This document shows, in pieces, positions 9,543 through 22,990 of a stretch of 64,000 bases of DNA (within the stretch, counting starts at the first letter, position 1; the number at the start of each line of letters is the position of its first letter). Location of the stretch: NCBI GenBank assembly GCA_945898515.1, contig CAMDIH010000001.1, forward strand, positions 13,093 through 77,092, written 5' to 3'. This DNA comes from Candidatus Neomicrothrix parvicella RN1 (GTDB lineage: Bacteria > Actinomycetota > Acidimicrobiia > Acidimicrobiales > VFJN01). Made by a program: the position numbers and the translations under genes. A model generated the notes under the pieces. That model was given only the letters and a program-made list of their open reading frames with translations, was not told the DNA's origin and searched no databases.

Positions 9543-9733
9543 GGGGCTTCCTTCCGGGCGGCTTGGCTGGCGGTCCAACCCCGCTGCGCGGGGCAAGATC
9601 TTTCGGGAGTTGAGTGATCCCAGACAACCGATTGGATTTGCCCGCGTGGATTGCCCCGGCGGGAGAGACCCGCTTCACCCCGAAGGGCTCGGCGGGGCTG
9701 AGTAGATAGGTAAGATCCTACCGCCGTCGACGC

Positions 9734-9747
9734 CTCAACTCGGCGGC

Positions 9748-9759
<12 letters not shown>
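9734..9759. repeat. Perfect tandem duplication (2 x 13 bp, CTCAACTCGGCGG) spanning the ftsB stop codon
   Basis: Read directly: copies at 9734-9746 and 9747-9759. Confidence 0.9.
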
Positions 9760-12829
<3,070 letters not shown>

Positions 12830-12849
<20 letters not shown>

Positions 12850-13387
12850 CGACCGACGGGGGGATCACCGTGCTCGTATTGCTGTCCCAGCGCCCGTAGC
12901 GAGGGCTCACCGCGATGTCGGTATCTCTTAGGGCCGCGGCGCGCCAGGCCGAGTAGCCGTCCTCACCGAGCGCGGTAGCCAGCCCGACCTGCCGAGCGAG
13001 CGAATCGATGAGCGCCGCCCGATACGAGTCAGAGAACCCAGCCAACCCCTCATCGGCGTCGGCCTGGTTGCCGCCGAACAGCACCGTGATGACCTCCGCG
13101 CGAAGCTCGGCGTCCACCACCAGGCCCATGGCCTCGAATTCCTGCCGGGTGAGTTCGAAGTCGATGCGTTGGGCGGCGAGGCCCCGCACGAGATCACCCT
13201 GGTAAGCCCCAGGCGCTGGCGGCTCGATCAGCTCCGGATCCACCAGGGCGGAGTTGCCCACCCATGCGTCGAGTTCCTGTTGAAACTCGGCGTAACTGAT
13301 CTGGGTCTGGCCCACCCGGATGGCCGAGTCGTCTTGGTTGCCACAGCCCGCCGAGAACAGCAGAACCAGGGCAAAGAGGGCGAGCAT
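12830..13387 (-). CDS. Lipoprotein, SurA-N-terminal-like chaperone domain
   Basis: Lipobox LLFSAGC at the start of MLALFALVLLFSAGCGN. The remainder is helical and acidic. The long ORF extends to 13630, but that part overlaps the mfd 3' end. Confidence 0.55.
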
Positions 13388-13427
13388 CAACCAACGGCGG
13401 GGCACAAACGGGGAGCCTAGTGAGGGG

Positions 13428-16400
13428 TCAGGCCAGTTCGGGAACCGGGTCCAGTTGGCGCAACAGATCCACCAGGGCATCGGCGGGATGAAGTTGCTGG
13501 GGCACCGGGACGATAAGGAGTTGCTCCGCCTCTTTGTAGATGGCCCGAGGATAGAGACGGACCAGGCGGATCTGCTGACTGGTCTTGAGCGGCAGCGGCG
13601 ACAGCCGGGCCGTGTAGGGCTGCCCGCCATAGCCCGAGGGCTTGACCACGGTGACGTCCCGCAGGCCGGTACGGGACGCCTCGGCGCGCAGGCGCGCCAC
13701 GGCGAGGAGTTGTTCGGCCTCGACCGGCACTGGTCCGTAGCGGTCCTCCCATTCGGCGCGGATGTCGGCCACTTCGGAGTCGGTGGTCACGGCCGCCAGG
13801 CGCCGATAGGCCTCGAGGCGCAGCTCTTCCTTCTGCACGTAGTGGCCGGGCAGGTTGGCGGCGAGGGGCAGATCCAACTTGATCTCGGCTGGTTCCCTTA
13901 CCGGCTCGCCCTTCAGTTCCGCCACAGCCTCACTCACCATCTGGCAGTAGAGGTCATAGCCCACGGCCGCGATGTGGCCCGACTGGCCCACCCCCAGCAG
14001 GTTGCCGGCCCCGCGTATCTCGAGATCGCGCATGGCGATCTTGAAGCCCGAACCCAACTCGGTGGCCTCACCGATGGTCTTGAGGCGTTCGTAGGCGGCT
14101 TCACTGAGCACCCGATCAGGGGGAAGGAACAAATAGGCGTAGGCCCGTTGTCCAGAGCGTCCCACTCGGCCGCGAAGTTGATGCATCTGACCCAGCCCGA
14201 GCAGATCCGCTCGGTCCACCACCAGCGTGTTCACCGTAGGCATGTCGATACCGCTCTCGATGATGGTGGTGCACACGAGCACGTCGTAATCCCCCTCGGA
14301 GAACGCCAGCACGAGTTGCTCCAGGGTGCCTTCGTCCATCTGCCCATGCGCAATGGCCACGCGAGCCTCTGGCACGAGGTCGCGCACGTGCTCAGCGGTG
14401 CGCTCAATGTCCTGTACCCGGTTATGTACGTAGAACACCTGTCCTTCGCGCAGTAACTCTCGTCGGATGGCCTCGGCTACGGCCCGGTCGTCGTACTCCC
14501 CCACGAAGGTAAGGATCGGCATGCGGTCCGCCGGTGGCGTATGCAACAAGGTGAGGTCCCGGATACCGGTGAGGCTCATCTCCAGGGTGCGCGGAATCGG
14601 GGTGGCGGTGAGGGTGAGCACATCCACGCCGATCTTGAGTTGTTTGATCTGCTCCTTGTGACCCACCCCGAAACGCTGCTCTTCGTCCACCACCAGCAGT
14701 CCTAGGTCCTTGAACTTGATGTCTTCGGAGAGCAGTCGATGGGTGCCGATCACCACATCCACCTCACCGCTGTGCACCGCTCGGGCTACCGCTTTGGCCT
14801 GTGCCGCCGTCAGGAAACGCGACAGCACCTCCACCCGCACCGGATAGCCGGCGAAGCGGTCGGCGAAGGTGGCGTGGTGCTGCTGGGCCAACAGCGTGGT
14901 GGGCACCAACACCGCCACCTGCTTGCCGTCCTGCACGGCTTTGAACGCCGCCCGAATGGCCACCTCGGTTTTACCGAATCCCACGTCGCCGCACACGAGG
15001 CGATCCATGGGGTACTCGGCCTCCATGTCGGCCTTCACATCTCCGATGGCGGTGAGTTGGTCGGGGGTCTCCTGGAAGGGAAAGTCATCCTCCAGTTCAC
15101 GCTGCCAGGGTGAGTCTGGGGCGAAGGCGTGGCCCGGAGCGCTGATGCGCTTCTGGTAGAGCACCACCAACTCTTGGGCGATCTCCGACACCACCGAACG
15201 CACTCGGGCCTTGGCCCGTTGCCAACCGTCGCCGCCAAGACGCGACAACGCCGGGGAGTCGCCGCCGGTGTAGTGGCGCACGGCATCAATTTGATCCGAC
15301 GGCACATAGAGTTTGTCGTCACCGCGGTACTCGAGAAGGAGGTAATCGCGCTCCACTCCCCCGATCGCCCGTTTCACCATGCCGGAATACCGGGCCACGC
15401 CGTGCTGATGGTGCACCACGTGATCCCCCGCCTTCAGATCATCAAAAAAACTCTGGGCATCGCGACGCGGCGGTCGCACCTTCCGGTGAGCACGGCGACG
15501 GCCAGTGAGGTCGTGTTCAGTCACCACCGCCACCTTGATGGCCGGCAGAATGCAGCCACGCTCAAGCGGGCTGATGTCGATGGAGGGCACCAGGCCGTGT
15601 TCGGACAACAACGCGGCCAGGCGCCCCGCCGAGCCCTGCCCCTCTGCGGCCACCACGATGCGGTAGCCATCGGCAGCCAGGCCCGCCAACTGCCGCACAA
15701 CCCGCCCGGGATCGCCGGCGATGGCATCGATACCCATGGCGGTGACGGTGGCTACGTCGGGGCGCTCCGGGGCGGTGGTCACCGTCCACACCGGGGCATC
15801 GGTGTGGGTGAGTAACCGATCAAAGGGCACATATAAGCGCGCCAAGCCATGCTCCCCCCCGGCCTCGGTCGCCCCCCATGTCTTCGCCAGCGTGCCGGCG
15901 AGATCGGCCTCCTCGGCCAGGAGATCCGCGGCCCGGTCGCGCATCCGCCGCGGCTCCAACAGCAACACCAGGGCCTCGGAACCCACCAGGTCGAAGAGCA
16001 CGTGTTCGCCATCGGCGAGCCAGGGCAACCATGACTCCATGCCATCGAACCGTTGACCCTGGGCAAGACGCTCCCACTGCTCGCGCCCCCACGGATCGGT
16101 GGCGATCAATGCCTCGGCGCGGGCGCGCACCTCGGTGGTGGGTAGGAGCTCCCGGCAGGCGAACACTTCCAGGTGGTCAAGGTCCTCGGTGGAGCGTTGG
16201 TCGCTCACGGAGAACTCGGTGAGACGCTCTACTTCGTCGCCCCACAGGTCGATGCGCACCGGACGGTCGGCGGTAGAGGGGAAGACATCGATGATGGACC
16301 CACGCACCGCCACCTCGCCGCGGTGCTCCACCACCGCCTCCCGGTGATAGCCCGCGTCCACCAGGGCCCGCACCAGGTCGTCGCGGTCGCGCTGTTCCCC

Positions 16401-16826
16401 CCGCCGCACCACCAAAGGCTCCGTGTCTTCCACCTGCGGTCCGAGGCGCTGCACGAGGGCCCGCACCGACGCCACCACCACGCGCGGGGCGCGTTCGGCA
16501 TCCCGTAGACGCCACATGGTGCGCAGGCGGCGGCCCATGGTCTCCACCGAGGGTGATACGCGCTCGAAGGGGAGCGTCTCCCAAGCCGGAAACGTGTCCA
16601 CCGCATCGTGGCCGAGGTAGGCCCGCAAGTCGTTGGCCAAGCGATCGGCATCACCGCGGGTGGGCGTGGCCACCACGATCGGACGGCGAGCCGACTGCGT
16701 AGCCAGGCCCGCGATCGCCAACGCTCGCGCCGGTTCGGGGACGGCCAGCAGGGCCGATGATCGGCCGAGGACCGACGCCAAGCCCGGCTCATCGCGCAGC
16801 AAGGCCGGGAGATCGCGTAGCAACAT
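13428..16826 (-). CDS. mfd: Transcription-repair coupling factor Mfd
   Basis: 1132 aa. It has a CarD-like/RNAP-interaction region, DEAD/DEAH helicase motifs ([21 protein letters not shown]) and a TRCF C-terminal domain. Confidence 0.97.
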   Translation of the reverse strand: MLLRDLPALLRDEPGLASVLGRSSALLAVPEPARALAIAGLATQSARRPIVVATPTRGDADRLANDLRAYLGHDAVDTFPAWETLPFERVSPSVETMGRRLRTMWRLRDAERAPRVVVASVRALVQRLGPQVEDTEPLVVRRGEQRDRDDLVRALVDAGYHREAVVEHRGEVAVRGSIIDVFPSTADRPVRIDLWGDEVERLTEFSVSDQRSTEDLDHLEVFACRELLPTTEVRARAEALIATDPWGREQWERLAQGQRFDGMESWLPWLADGEHVLFDLVGSEALVLLLEPRRMRDRAADLLAEEADLAGTLAKTWGATEAGGEHGLARLYVPFDRLLTHTDAPVWTVTTAPERPDVATVTAMGIDAIAGDPGRVVRQLAGLAADGYRIVVAAEGQGSAGRLAALLSEHGLVPSIDISPLERGCILPAIKVAVVTEHDLTGRRRAHRKVRPPRRDAQSFFDDLKAGDHVVHHQHGVARYSGMVKRAIGGVERDYLLLEYRGDDKLYVPSDQIDAVRHYTGGDSPALSRLGGDGWQRAKARVRSVVSEIAQELVVLYQKRISAPGHAFAPDSPWQRELEDDFPFQETPDQLTAIGDVKADMEAEYPMDRLVCGDVGFGKTEVAIRAAFKAVQDGKQVAVLVPTTLLAQQHHATFADRFAGYPVRVEVLSRFLTAAQAKAVARAVHSGEVDVVIGTHRLLSEDIKFKDLGLLVVDEEQRFGVGHKEQIKQLKIGVDVLTLTATPIPRTLEMSLTGIRDLTLLHTPPADRMPILTFVGEYDDRAVAEAIRRELLREGQVFYVHNRVQDIERTAEHVRDLVPEARVAIAHGQMDEGTLEQLVLAFSEGDYDVLVCTTIIESGIDMPTVNTLVVDRADLLGLGQMHQLRGRVGRSGQRAYAYLFLPPDRVLSEAAYERLKTIGEATELGSGFKIAMRDLEIRGAGNLLGVGQSGHIAAVGYDLYCQMVSEAVAELKGEPVREPAEIKLDLPLAANLPGHYVQKEELRLEAYRRLAAVTTDSEVADIRAEWEDRYGPVPVEAEQLLAVARLRAEASRTGLRDVTVVKPSGYGGQPYTARLSPLPLKTSQQIRLVRLYPRAIYKEAEQLLIVPVPQQLHPADALVDLLRQLDPVPELA

Positions 16827-16837
16827 GGGGGCGTTCC

Positions 16838-17788
16838 TCAGCCCGACGGACCGGTACGGAACCAGTCCACGGTGTGGCGAAGGCCTGCTTCCAAACCCAC
16901 CGGTTCGATCACCGGATCAGTGCCGGCCACCAGTGCGCGCAGAAGGGTTTGGTCGGCTTGACTATCCCGTACATCACCCGCTCGCGCGGCGGTATGGACG
17001 CGCTCGATGGGGTGGCCGAGGATCCGTTCGAGAACATCAAGCACCTCGAGCAGGCTGGCCCGACCGCCGAAAGCGAGGTTCACCGGGCGGTCGCTCACCA
17101 GAGAATCGCGCACCACCGCGCCCAGCACCTCGCACACCGAGCTGACGTAGGTGAAATCGCGTGTCTGGCCGCCGTCACCGTGCACCACCACCGGTTCCCC
17201 GGCCAGCGCGGCCGACACGAAGGCCGGCACCACCGCGGCGTAGGCATGACCCGCAGCCTGGAGTGGCCCGAACACGTTGAAGAACCGGAAGGCCACCGCG
17301 CCGAAACCGAAGCAAGCCGCATGAGAAAGCGCGTAGGCCTCGGTAGCGAGTTTGGATACGGCGTAGGGCGAGGACGGCATCGTCACGAGATCTTCGGTTT
17401 TGGGCAGGGCGGGGTTGTTGCCGTAGACCGACGACGACGACGCCACCACGATCTGACCCACCCCATGGCGGCGCACGGCCTCAAGTACCTGCAGGGTGCC
17501 GGTGGCATTGGCGTGGTGCGAGGCCAGCGGATCCTCCAGCGATCGCGGCACCGATGGCAACGCCCCGAGGTGCACCACGGCGGCGGCGCCCGGCAGCACC
17601 TCATCCAGCACGGCGGGGTCTACGAGGTCGCCGACCACCAGCGCCGCGGCGGTTCCCGCCAGGTTGGCGGCCACCCCCGTGGAGAGGTCGTCGAGGGCCA
17701 CCACCTCCGACACCCCATCAGTGAGGAGTAGGTGGCGGCACAGATTGGCCCCGATGAACCCGGCCCCTCCCGTCACGACGACCTTCAC
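16838..17788 (-). CDS. NAD-dependent nucleotide-sugar epimerase/dehydratase (GalE/WbpP-like)
   Basis: VKVVVTGGAGFIGANL Rossmann motif and a YAVSK catalytic motif. GTG 17788 overlaps the stop of the aminotransferase gene (GTGA). Confidence 0.85.
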   Translation of the reverse strand: MKVVVTGGAGFIGANLCRHLLLTDGVSEVVALDDLSTGVAANLAGTAAALVVGDLVDPAVLDEVLPGAAAVVHLGALPSVPRSLEDPLASHHANATGTLQVLEAVRRHGVGQIVVASSSSVYGNNPALPKTEDLVTMPSSPYAVSKLATEAYALSHAACFGFGAVAFRFFNVFGPLQAAGHAYAAVVPAFVSAALAGEPVVVHGDGGQTRDFTYVSSVCEVLGAVVRDSLVSDRPVNLAFGGRASLLEVLDVLERILGHPIERVHTAARAGDVRDSQADQTLLRALVAGTDPVIEPVGLEAGLRHTVDWFRTGPSG

Positions 17789-18912
17789 GAGTGAGCCTCC
17801 ATCACGTCCAGGATGCCCTGAATCACTCGATCCTGGTCCGAGGGGGTGAGCGAAGAGCCGCTCGGCAAGCAGAGACCGGAGGCGAACAACCGAGCCGAAG
17901 TGCCATCGAGCCGGGCCGGACACTGGGCGAACACCGGTTGGAGGTGCATCGGCTTCCAGGTGGGACGGGCCTCGATGTCGAGGGTTTCGAGATGTTCCCG
18001 CACCGCGGTGGGGGTGCAGCCGGCCACCGTGGAATCGATGGTCATACAGGTGAGCCAGCGGTTCGTGCGACCGGTGGCCGCCTCGGGCATGAACCCGATG
18101 CCCGCCCGCGTCCCGAGGGCAGCGACGTACCGGTCGAAGATGGCCCGGCGGCAGTGGACCCGTCGGTCGAGATCGGCGAGTTGTGCCCGCCCGAACGCGG
18201 CCAGGAGGTTCGAAAGGCGGTAGTTGTAACCCACCTCCACATGCTCGTAATGCACGACCGGCTCGCGAGCCTGGGTAGAGAGATGTCGCACCCGCTCTGC
18301 CACCGTCGCGTCGTTCGTCACGAGCGCTCCCCCCCCGGTGGTCGTGATGATCTTGTTGCCGTTGAACGACAGCGCCGCCGTCTCCCCGAACGAAGCAGCC
18401 GGCGAGCCGTCATAGGTGGCGCCCAGGCTCTCGGCGGCATCGGAGAGGTGCACCACACCGTGGGCGGCGAGGTGCGGGGCGATGGCGTGATGATCGGCCG
18501 CCTGTCCGTAGAGGTCCACCAGAATGGCCGCCGCCGGCGGGGCCGCCCGGCGGGCCTCGAGTTCTTCGGCGAGCAATCCCGGCGAGATGTTCCAGGTATC
18601 GGGATCACTGTCGATGAGTACCGGGGTGGCCCCGACGTAGCGGATCGCGTTCACCGAGGCGGCAAAGGTGAGATCCGATACCAGCACGTGGTCACCAGGC
18701 CCCACCCCGTGAACGAGCAAGGCCAGATGCAAGGCCGCCGTGCCGCTGCTCAGCGCCACGGCGTAGCGCCGGGCCACCACCTGGGCCACCTCCTGTTCGA
18801 AGGCCGCCAGGTCCGGCCCGGCGGGCGCTAACCAGCCGGAGTCCATGGCGGCGAGCACCCGCTGGCGTTCGGCGGGGCCCGCCTCGGGGGGCGAGAGGAA
18901 AATCCGTGACAC
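17785..18912 (-). CDS. DegT/DnrJ/EryC1/StrS family PLP-dependent sugar aminotransferase (PglE/LegC/PseC-like)
   Basis: N-terminal IFLSPPE...E; a conserved SFNGNKIITTGGGGA Lys block; family-typical length (375 aa). Confidence 0.9.
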   Translation of the reverse strand: MSRIFLSPPEAGPAERQRVLAAMDSGWLAPAGPDLAAFEQEVAQVVARRYAVALSSGTAALHLALLVHGVGPGDHVLVSDLTFAASVNAIRYVGATPVLIDSDPDTWNISPGLLAEELEARRAAPPAAAILVDLYGQAADHHAIAPHLAAHGVVHLSDAAESLGATYDGSPAASFGETAALSFNGNKIITTTGGGALVTNDATVAERVRHLSTQAREPVVHYEHVEVGYNYRLSNLLAAFGRAQLADLDRRVHCRRAIFDRYVAALGTRAGIGFMPEAATGRTNRWLTCMTIDSTVAGCTPTAVREHLETLDIEARPTWKPMHLQPVFAQCPARLDGTSARLFASGLCLPSGSSLTPSDQDRVIQGILDVMEAHS

Positions 18913-19056
18913 GGGTTCCCTTCCAGATCGGGGTCAGGGGTGGGTAAGATCCGGGCGCATTGTTGGGGGTCCAGGCACTGTTCAGGATGCCAGTATCCGC
19001 ACGCTCGTGGCGACATTCGCCCACGAGCAGCGCCAAACAGCGAGAACGGAAGCAGA

Positions 19057-20934
19057 GTGGAGCGGGAACACGCTACGCCCGGGGGGGACGATCAAGCAGC
19101 GGACGAGGCACCTTCGGTCGCGCCTAGGAGGGGCTACGAGGCCCTGATTGAGTACCGATTCGCCTGGCTGGCGGGTTGGGACTCACTGAGTTGGGCGATG
19201 GCGATGTGGTTAGCGATCTGGGTTCGCTACGACTTCAATGTTGGCCGCATCGACACCGCTGGGGTGTGGTTGGCCATCGCCCTGACCGTGTCGATCCAGG
19301 TCGTCGTAGGGCTCTGGCAGGGGCTCTACCTGGGTCGCTGGCGCCTGGGTTCTTTCGAGGAGATCGAAGCCCTCCTGAAAACGGTTCTCCTGGCGGCCGG
19401 TGCCCTCCTGCTCGTCGATATTCCCACCCGTTGGGTGCCTATCAGCGTGCCCGTGGCGGCCGTGTTCATCGCGCTGGTGGCCATGGCCGCCGTGCGTTAC
19501 GGATGGCGCGTGCTGATCGATCGTGGTCGGCGGCCCAGCGGCATCGGAGCGTCGAGGGTCCTCGTGTTCGGGGCCGGCGAGGGGGCCGATCAGGTCATCA
19601 CCGCCATGCTGCGAGACCCCTCGAGCCCCTATCTGCCGGTGGGGATTCTCGACGACGACCCCCGCAAGTCGCAGTTGCGAATCCGGTCGGTGCGGGTGCG
19701 CGGTACCAAAGTCGACCTCGCCACCGTGGCCGCCGATCTCCGGGCCGACGTGTTGCTCATCGCCATCCCCTCCGCCAGCGGTCCGCTCATACGGGAACTG
19801 GCTGCCCTTGGTACCGCCGCCGGGTTACGGGTGATGGCGGTGCCCGCCATGAACAGCCGCTTCGACGACAACATCGGCGTGGAGGACATTCGTCCCCTCA
19901 CCACCACCGACCTTTTGGGCCGACGAGAGATCGACACCGACATCGGCGGCATTGCCAAGTACCTCACTGGACGCCGCGTGCTCGTCACCGGTGCCGGCGG
20001 GTCCATCGGGTCGGAACTCTGCCGTCAGGTACACCGCTTCGGGCCATCTGCACTGGTGATGCTCGACCGTGACGAGAGTGGCTTGCATGCCGTGCAGATG
20101 TCGATCGACGGTCGGGCCCTGCTCGACAGTCGCCACCTCGTCGTGGCCGACATCCGCGACGCCGCACGCATGGCCGAAGTGTTCCAGGAACACCGCCCCG
20201 AGGTGGTGTTCCACGCAGCGGCTCTCAAGCACCTACCACTGTGCGAAATGCACCCCAGCGAGGCGGTGAAGACCAACGTGTGGGGTACCTCCACCCTGCT
20301 GGACCTCGCCATGCGTCACGACGTGGACACGTTCGTGAACATCTCTACCGACAAGGCCTGCGATCCCACCAGCGTGCTGGGCGCCACCAAGCGCGTGGCG
20401 GAGCGCCTCACCGCCGCCGCCGCCGAAACCGCACGCGGCGATTACATCTCGGTGCGCTTCGGGAACGTACTCGGCAGCCGTGGTTCAGTGCTCGGCGCCT
20501 TCCGCGCCCAGATCGCCATGGGGGGTCCGATCACCGTCACCGATCCTGAGGTGACCCGGTATTTCATGACGGTGGAAGAAGCGGTGCAACTCGTGATCCA
20601 GGCCGGGGCCATCGGCGAGCAGGGCGGGGCCATGGTGCTCGACATGGGCGAACCCGTACGGATTGTGGACGTAGCCCAGCGCCTGATCGCCGAAGCCGAC
20701 CGTCGGATCGAGATCGTCTACACCGGTCTCCGCCCGGGCGAGAAACTCCACGAGGTCCTCGAGGGGATCCAGGAACATCCCCGGCCCTCGGCCCATCCGC
20801 TCATCGCCGTCGTGAAGGTTCCTCCCCTAGCCGCCACCGCCGTGGTGGGCCTGACCTCCTCGAGTCCCGAGGTGCTCCTCGCCGATCTCCTCCGCAACAT
20901 GGATCAACCCCCTGTGACCGCCCCCCAGGACTGA
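19057..20934 (+). CDS. Membrane-bound polysaccharide biosynthesis protein CapD/PglF/WbpM family (UDP-GlcNAc 4,6-dehydratase type)
   Basis: About four N-terminal TM helices, then two Rossmann motifs (VLVFGAGEGADQV; VLVTGAGGSIGSEL) and a TDKA block. The start is uncertain: GTG 19057 follows GGAAG, while the track ORF starts at 18940. Confidence 0.85.
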   Translation: MEREHATPGGDDQAADEAPSVAPRRGYEALIEYRFAWLAGWDSLSWAMAMWLAIWVRYDFNVGRIDTAGVWLAIALTVSIQVVVGLWQGLYLGRWRLGSFEEIEALLKTVLLAAGALLLVDIPTRWVPISVPVAAVFIALVAMAAVRYGWRVLIDRGRRPSGIGASRVLVFGAGEGADQVITAMLRDPSSPYLPVGILDDDPRKSQLRIRSVRVRGTKVDLATVAADLRADVLLIAIPSASGPLIRELAALGTAAGLRVMAVPAMNSRFDDNIGVEDIRPLTTTDLLGRREIDTDIGGIAKYLTGRRVLVTGAGGSIGSELCRQVHRFGPSALVMLDRDESGLHAVQMSIDGRALLDSRHLVVADIRDAARMAEVFQEHRPEVVFHAAALKHLPLCEMHPSEAVKTNVWGTSTLLDLAMRHDVDTFVNISTDKACDPTSVLGATKRVAERLTAAAAETARGDYISVRFGNVLGSRGSVLGAFRAQIAMGGPITVTDPEVTRYFMTVEEAVQLVIQAGAIGEQGGAMVLDMGEPVRIVDVAQRLIAEADRRIEIVYTGLRPGEKLHEVLEGIQEHPRPSAHPLIAVVKVPPLAATAVVGLTSSSPEVLLADLLRNMDQPPVTAPQD

Positions 20935-20946
20935 TCCCGAGCGGGA

Positions 20947-21567
20947 TCAACGGATCGGCCGCGCCGGTACGCCCACCACCGTGGCCCCCGCGGCCACATC
21001 GGTTAGCACCACCGCTCCCGCACCCACCACGGCCGCCTCACCCACTCGCACGCCCGGCAGCACATGGGCGCCGGTGCCGATAGACACCCCGCTCTCCAGA
21101 TGGACCGCACCGCTCACCGTCGCCCCGGGTAACACCGTGACGTAGTCCTCCAGGATCGCATCGTGGCCCAGCGTGGCGTTGGGCCCCAGGTAGCCGTGGC
21201 GACCAATGGTGATGTGGGTGGTGAGACGCACCCCGGCACAAAGCACCGTGCCCGCACCTAACTCCACCTCGCTGCCCGTAGAGGCCAACGGGTGCACCAG
21301 CGCCGGTGACCAAAGCAGGGAGCGGTGGGCATCGAGGGCGTCGCCCACCCGGCGGCGGGCGGCGCTCTCCCCAATCCCCAGAAGCACCAACGCGTCGAGT
21401 TCGGCGAGGAAACCCACGTTGCCGAGTACCGACACACCGCGACGCCGCAGTGGTTCGAGGTCGGGGGAGCCGTCATCCACAAAGCCCGAACACGAGCCGC
21501 CGCACGCCTCCACCACATCGAAGACCTCGCGACCATGGCCGCCTGCCCCCACGATCACAATGCTCAT
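20947..21567 (-). CDS. NeuD/PglD/VioB-family sugar N-acetyltransferase (left-handed beta-helix)
   Basis: MSIVIVGAGGHGREV N-terminal Rossmann-like domain plus hexapeptide repeats. ATGA overlap with the upstream gene. Confidence 0.85.
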   Translation of the reverse strand: MSIVIVGAGGHGREVFDVVEACGGSCSGFVDDGSPDLEPLRRRGVSVLGNVGFLAELDALVLLGIGESAARRRVGDALDAHRSLLWSPALVHPLASTGSEVELGAGTVLCAGVRLTTHITIGRHGYLGPNATLGHDAILEDYVTVLPGATVSGAVHLESGVSIGTGAHVLPGVRVGEAAVVGAGAVVLTDVAAGATVVGVPARPIR

Positions 21568-22145
21568 GAACCGCTCCCCTGGAAAGGTGCCATGGTGCTC
21601 GAACCCTCGCCGTTGATGCCCTCCCGGCGAAGGACCGCCCCCACCGTACGGGCGATGATGGTCAGATCAAGGGCAAAGGAGCGGGTCTCGACGTACTGCA
21701 CGTCGAGTTCGAATCGGTCCTCCCAAGCCACCAAGTTGCGCCCTTGGACCTGAGCCAAGCCCGTGAGACCGGGGCGAAGGTCGTGACGACGGGCCTGCCG
21801 GGGGGAGTACCGGTCCAGATATTCCATCAGGAGCGGGCGGGGCCCCACCAGGCTCATGTCGCCGCGCAACACATTCCACAATTCCGGCAACTCATCGAGA
21901 CTGCTGGAGCGCAACAGGCGCCCCACCCGCGTGAGGCGATCGGCATCCTCCCCCGGACCAGAGCGCATCGTGCGAAACTTCATGATGGTGAACGGGGTTC
22001 CGTGCCGCCCGGGCCGACGCTGCCGGAACAACACGGGCGAACCCGTGGTGACCCGCACCGCTGCCGCGATGATCGCCATCGGTACCGCCGCCACCACCAA
22101 CGCCAACCCGGAAACAACCACATCGAACAGGCGCTTCACCCGCAT
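21564..22145 (-). CDS. Small monotopic phosphoglycosyl transferase (PglC / WbaP C-terminal type 'bacterial sugar transferase')
   Basis: MRVKRLFDVVVSGLAL re-entrant helix, KFRTM, DELPQL-like DELPELWNVLRGDMSLVGPRP. ATG 22145 overlaps the upstream stop (TGATG). Confidence 0.9.
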   Translation of the reverse strand: MRVKRLFDVVVSGLALVVAAVPMAIIAAAVRVTTGSPVLFRQRRPGRHGTPFTIMKFRTMRSGPGEDADRLTRVGRLLRSSSLDELPELWNVLRGDMSLVGPRPLLMEYLDRYSPRQARRHDLRPGLTGLAQVQGRNLVAWEDRFELDVQYVETRSFALDLTIIARTVGAVLRREGINGEGSSTMAPFQGSGS

Positions 22146-22969
22146 CAGGAACCGGCCTGGGCGTAACGGCGGCGATTGACCAACTGACGGGCGGAGTCTT
22201 CGAGTCGCATGCCGCCGCTGGCCTTGCGCCGGAACCAGCGGAGACCGTCGGCTACTTGGATCGGGGTGCGGTGCAGTCGGTACCGGTCGCCATCGCTGGG
22301 GTTGGCCCGACTCCCCGCCACCGCCGCCGACCGAAAGCGCGCCCGCACCTCCGCCTCCGCCGCCGGCGATCCCAATAGGGCCTTGGGATAGGCGAAGTGT
22401 GTGCACGTCACCCCGAGGCGCTCACCGATCAGGTCAATGGAGCGGTCGAGTTCTCCCGCCGCGCTCGGCCCGTCGACCCGATCCAACAGGGCGTGGGTAT
22501 GCGTGTGGGAGCCGATGGTGGCGAGGCCCGATGCCACGAGTTCCTGCAGGCCGTCCCACGAGATGGGAGCGCCCTCCCCGGGAAAGGGACGGCGGGCCTC
22601 AATGAAATCGGTGGCCACATAGAACGTGGCCGGCGCCCGGTGGCGCGCCAGTACCGGAAGGGCCTCGCTCACCCAGTCCGTGGTGCCGTCATCAAAGGTG
22701 AGCACGACGGGCCAATCAGCCACCGCCCCTGCCTCCAGACGGGCGATGCCCTCGTCGAGAGTGACCAGTCGGCCCGAGGCCGCCAACTCCCCCACCTGCG
22801 CGTCGAACCCCGCGGTGGTGAGATCCACCGCCGAGGCGGTGTGCCCTCCGACGCGGTGGTAGATGAGGATGACCAGGCCAGGGGCGCTTGGTCGCAGCGC
22901 GTCGGCACCGGCGGCGGCCACCTTCACCGCCGCGCCGATCCCCTGCTTGGCCATCTCCCGGGCTCCCAC
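22145..22969 (-). CDS. Polysaccharide deacetylase (NodB homology domain)
   Basis: LTFDDGTTDW, a HTHTH-type metal block (GSHTHTHALL) and an LIYHRV context. Confidence 0.8.
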   Translation of the reverse strand: MGAREMAKQGIGAAVKVAAAGADALRPSAPGLVILIYHRVGGHTASAVDLTTAGFDAQVGELAASGRLVTLDEGIARLEAGAVADWPVVLTFDDGTTDWVSEALPVLARHRAPATFYVATDFIEARRPFPGEGAPISWDGLQELVASGLATIGSHTHTHALLDRVDGPSAAGELDRSIDLIGERLGVTCTHFAYPKALLGSPAAEAEVRARFRSAAVAGSRANPSDGDRYRLHRTPIQVADGLRWFRRKASGGMRLEDSARQLVNRRRYAQAGS

Positions 22970-22990
22970 GGTGGCGATGCTACGACCGGC

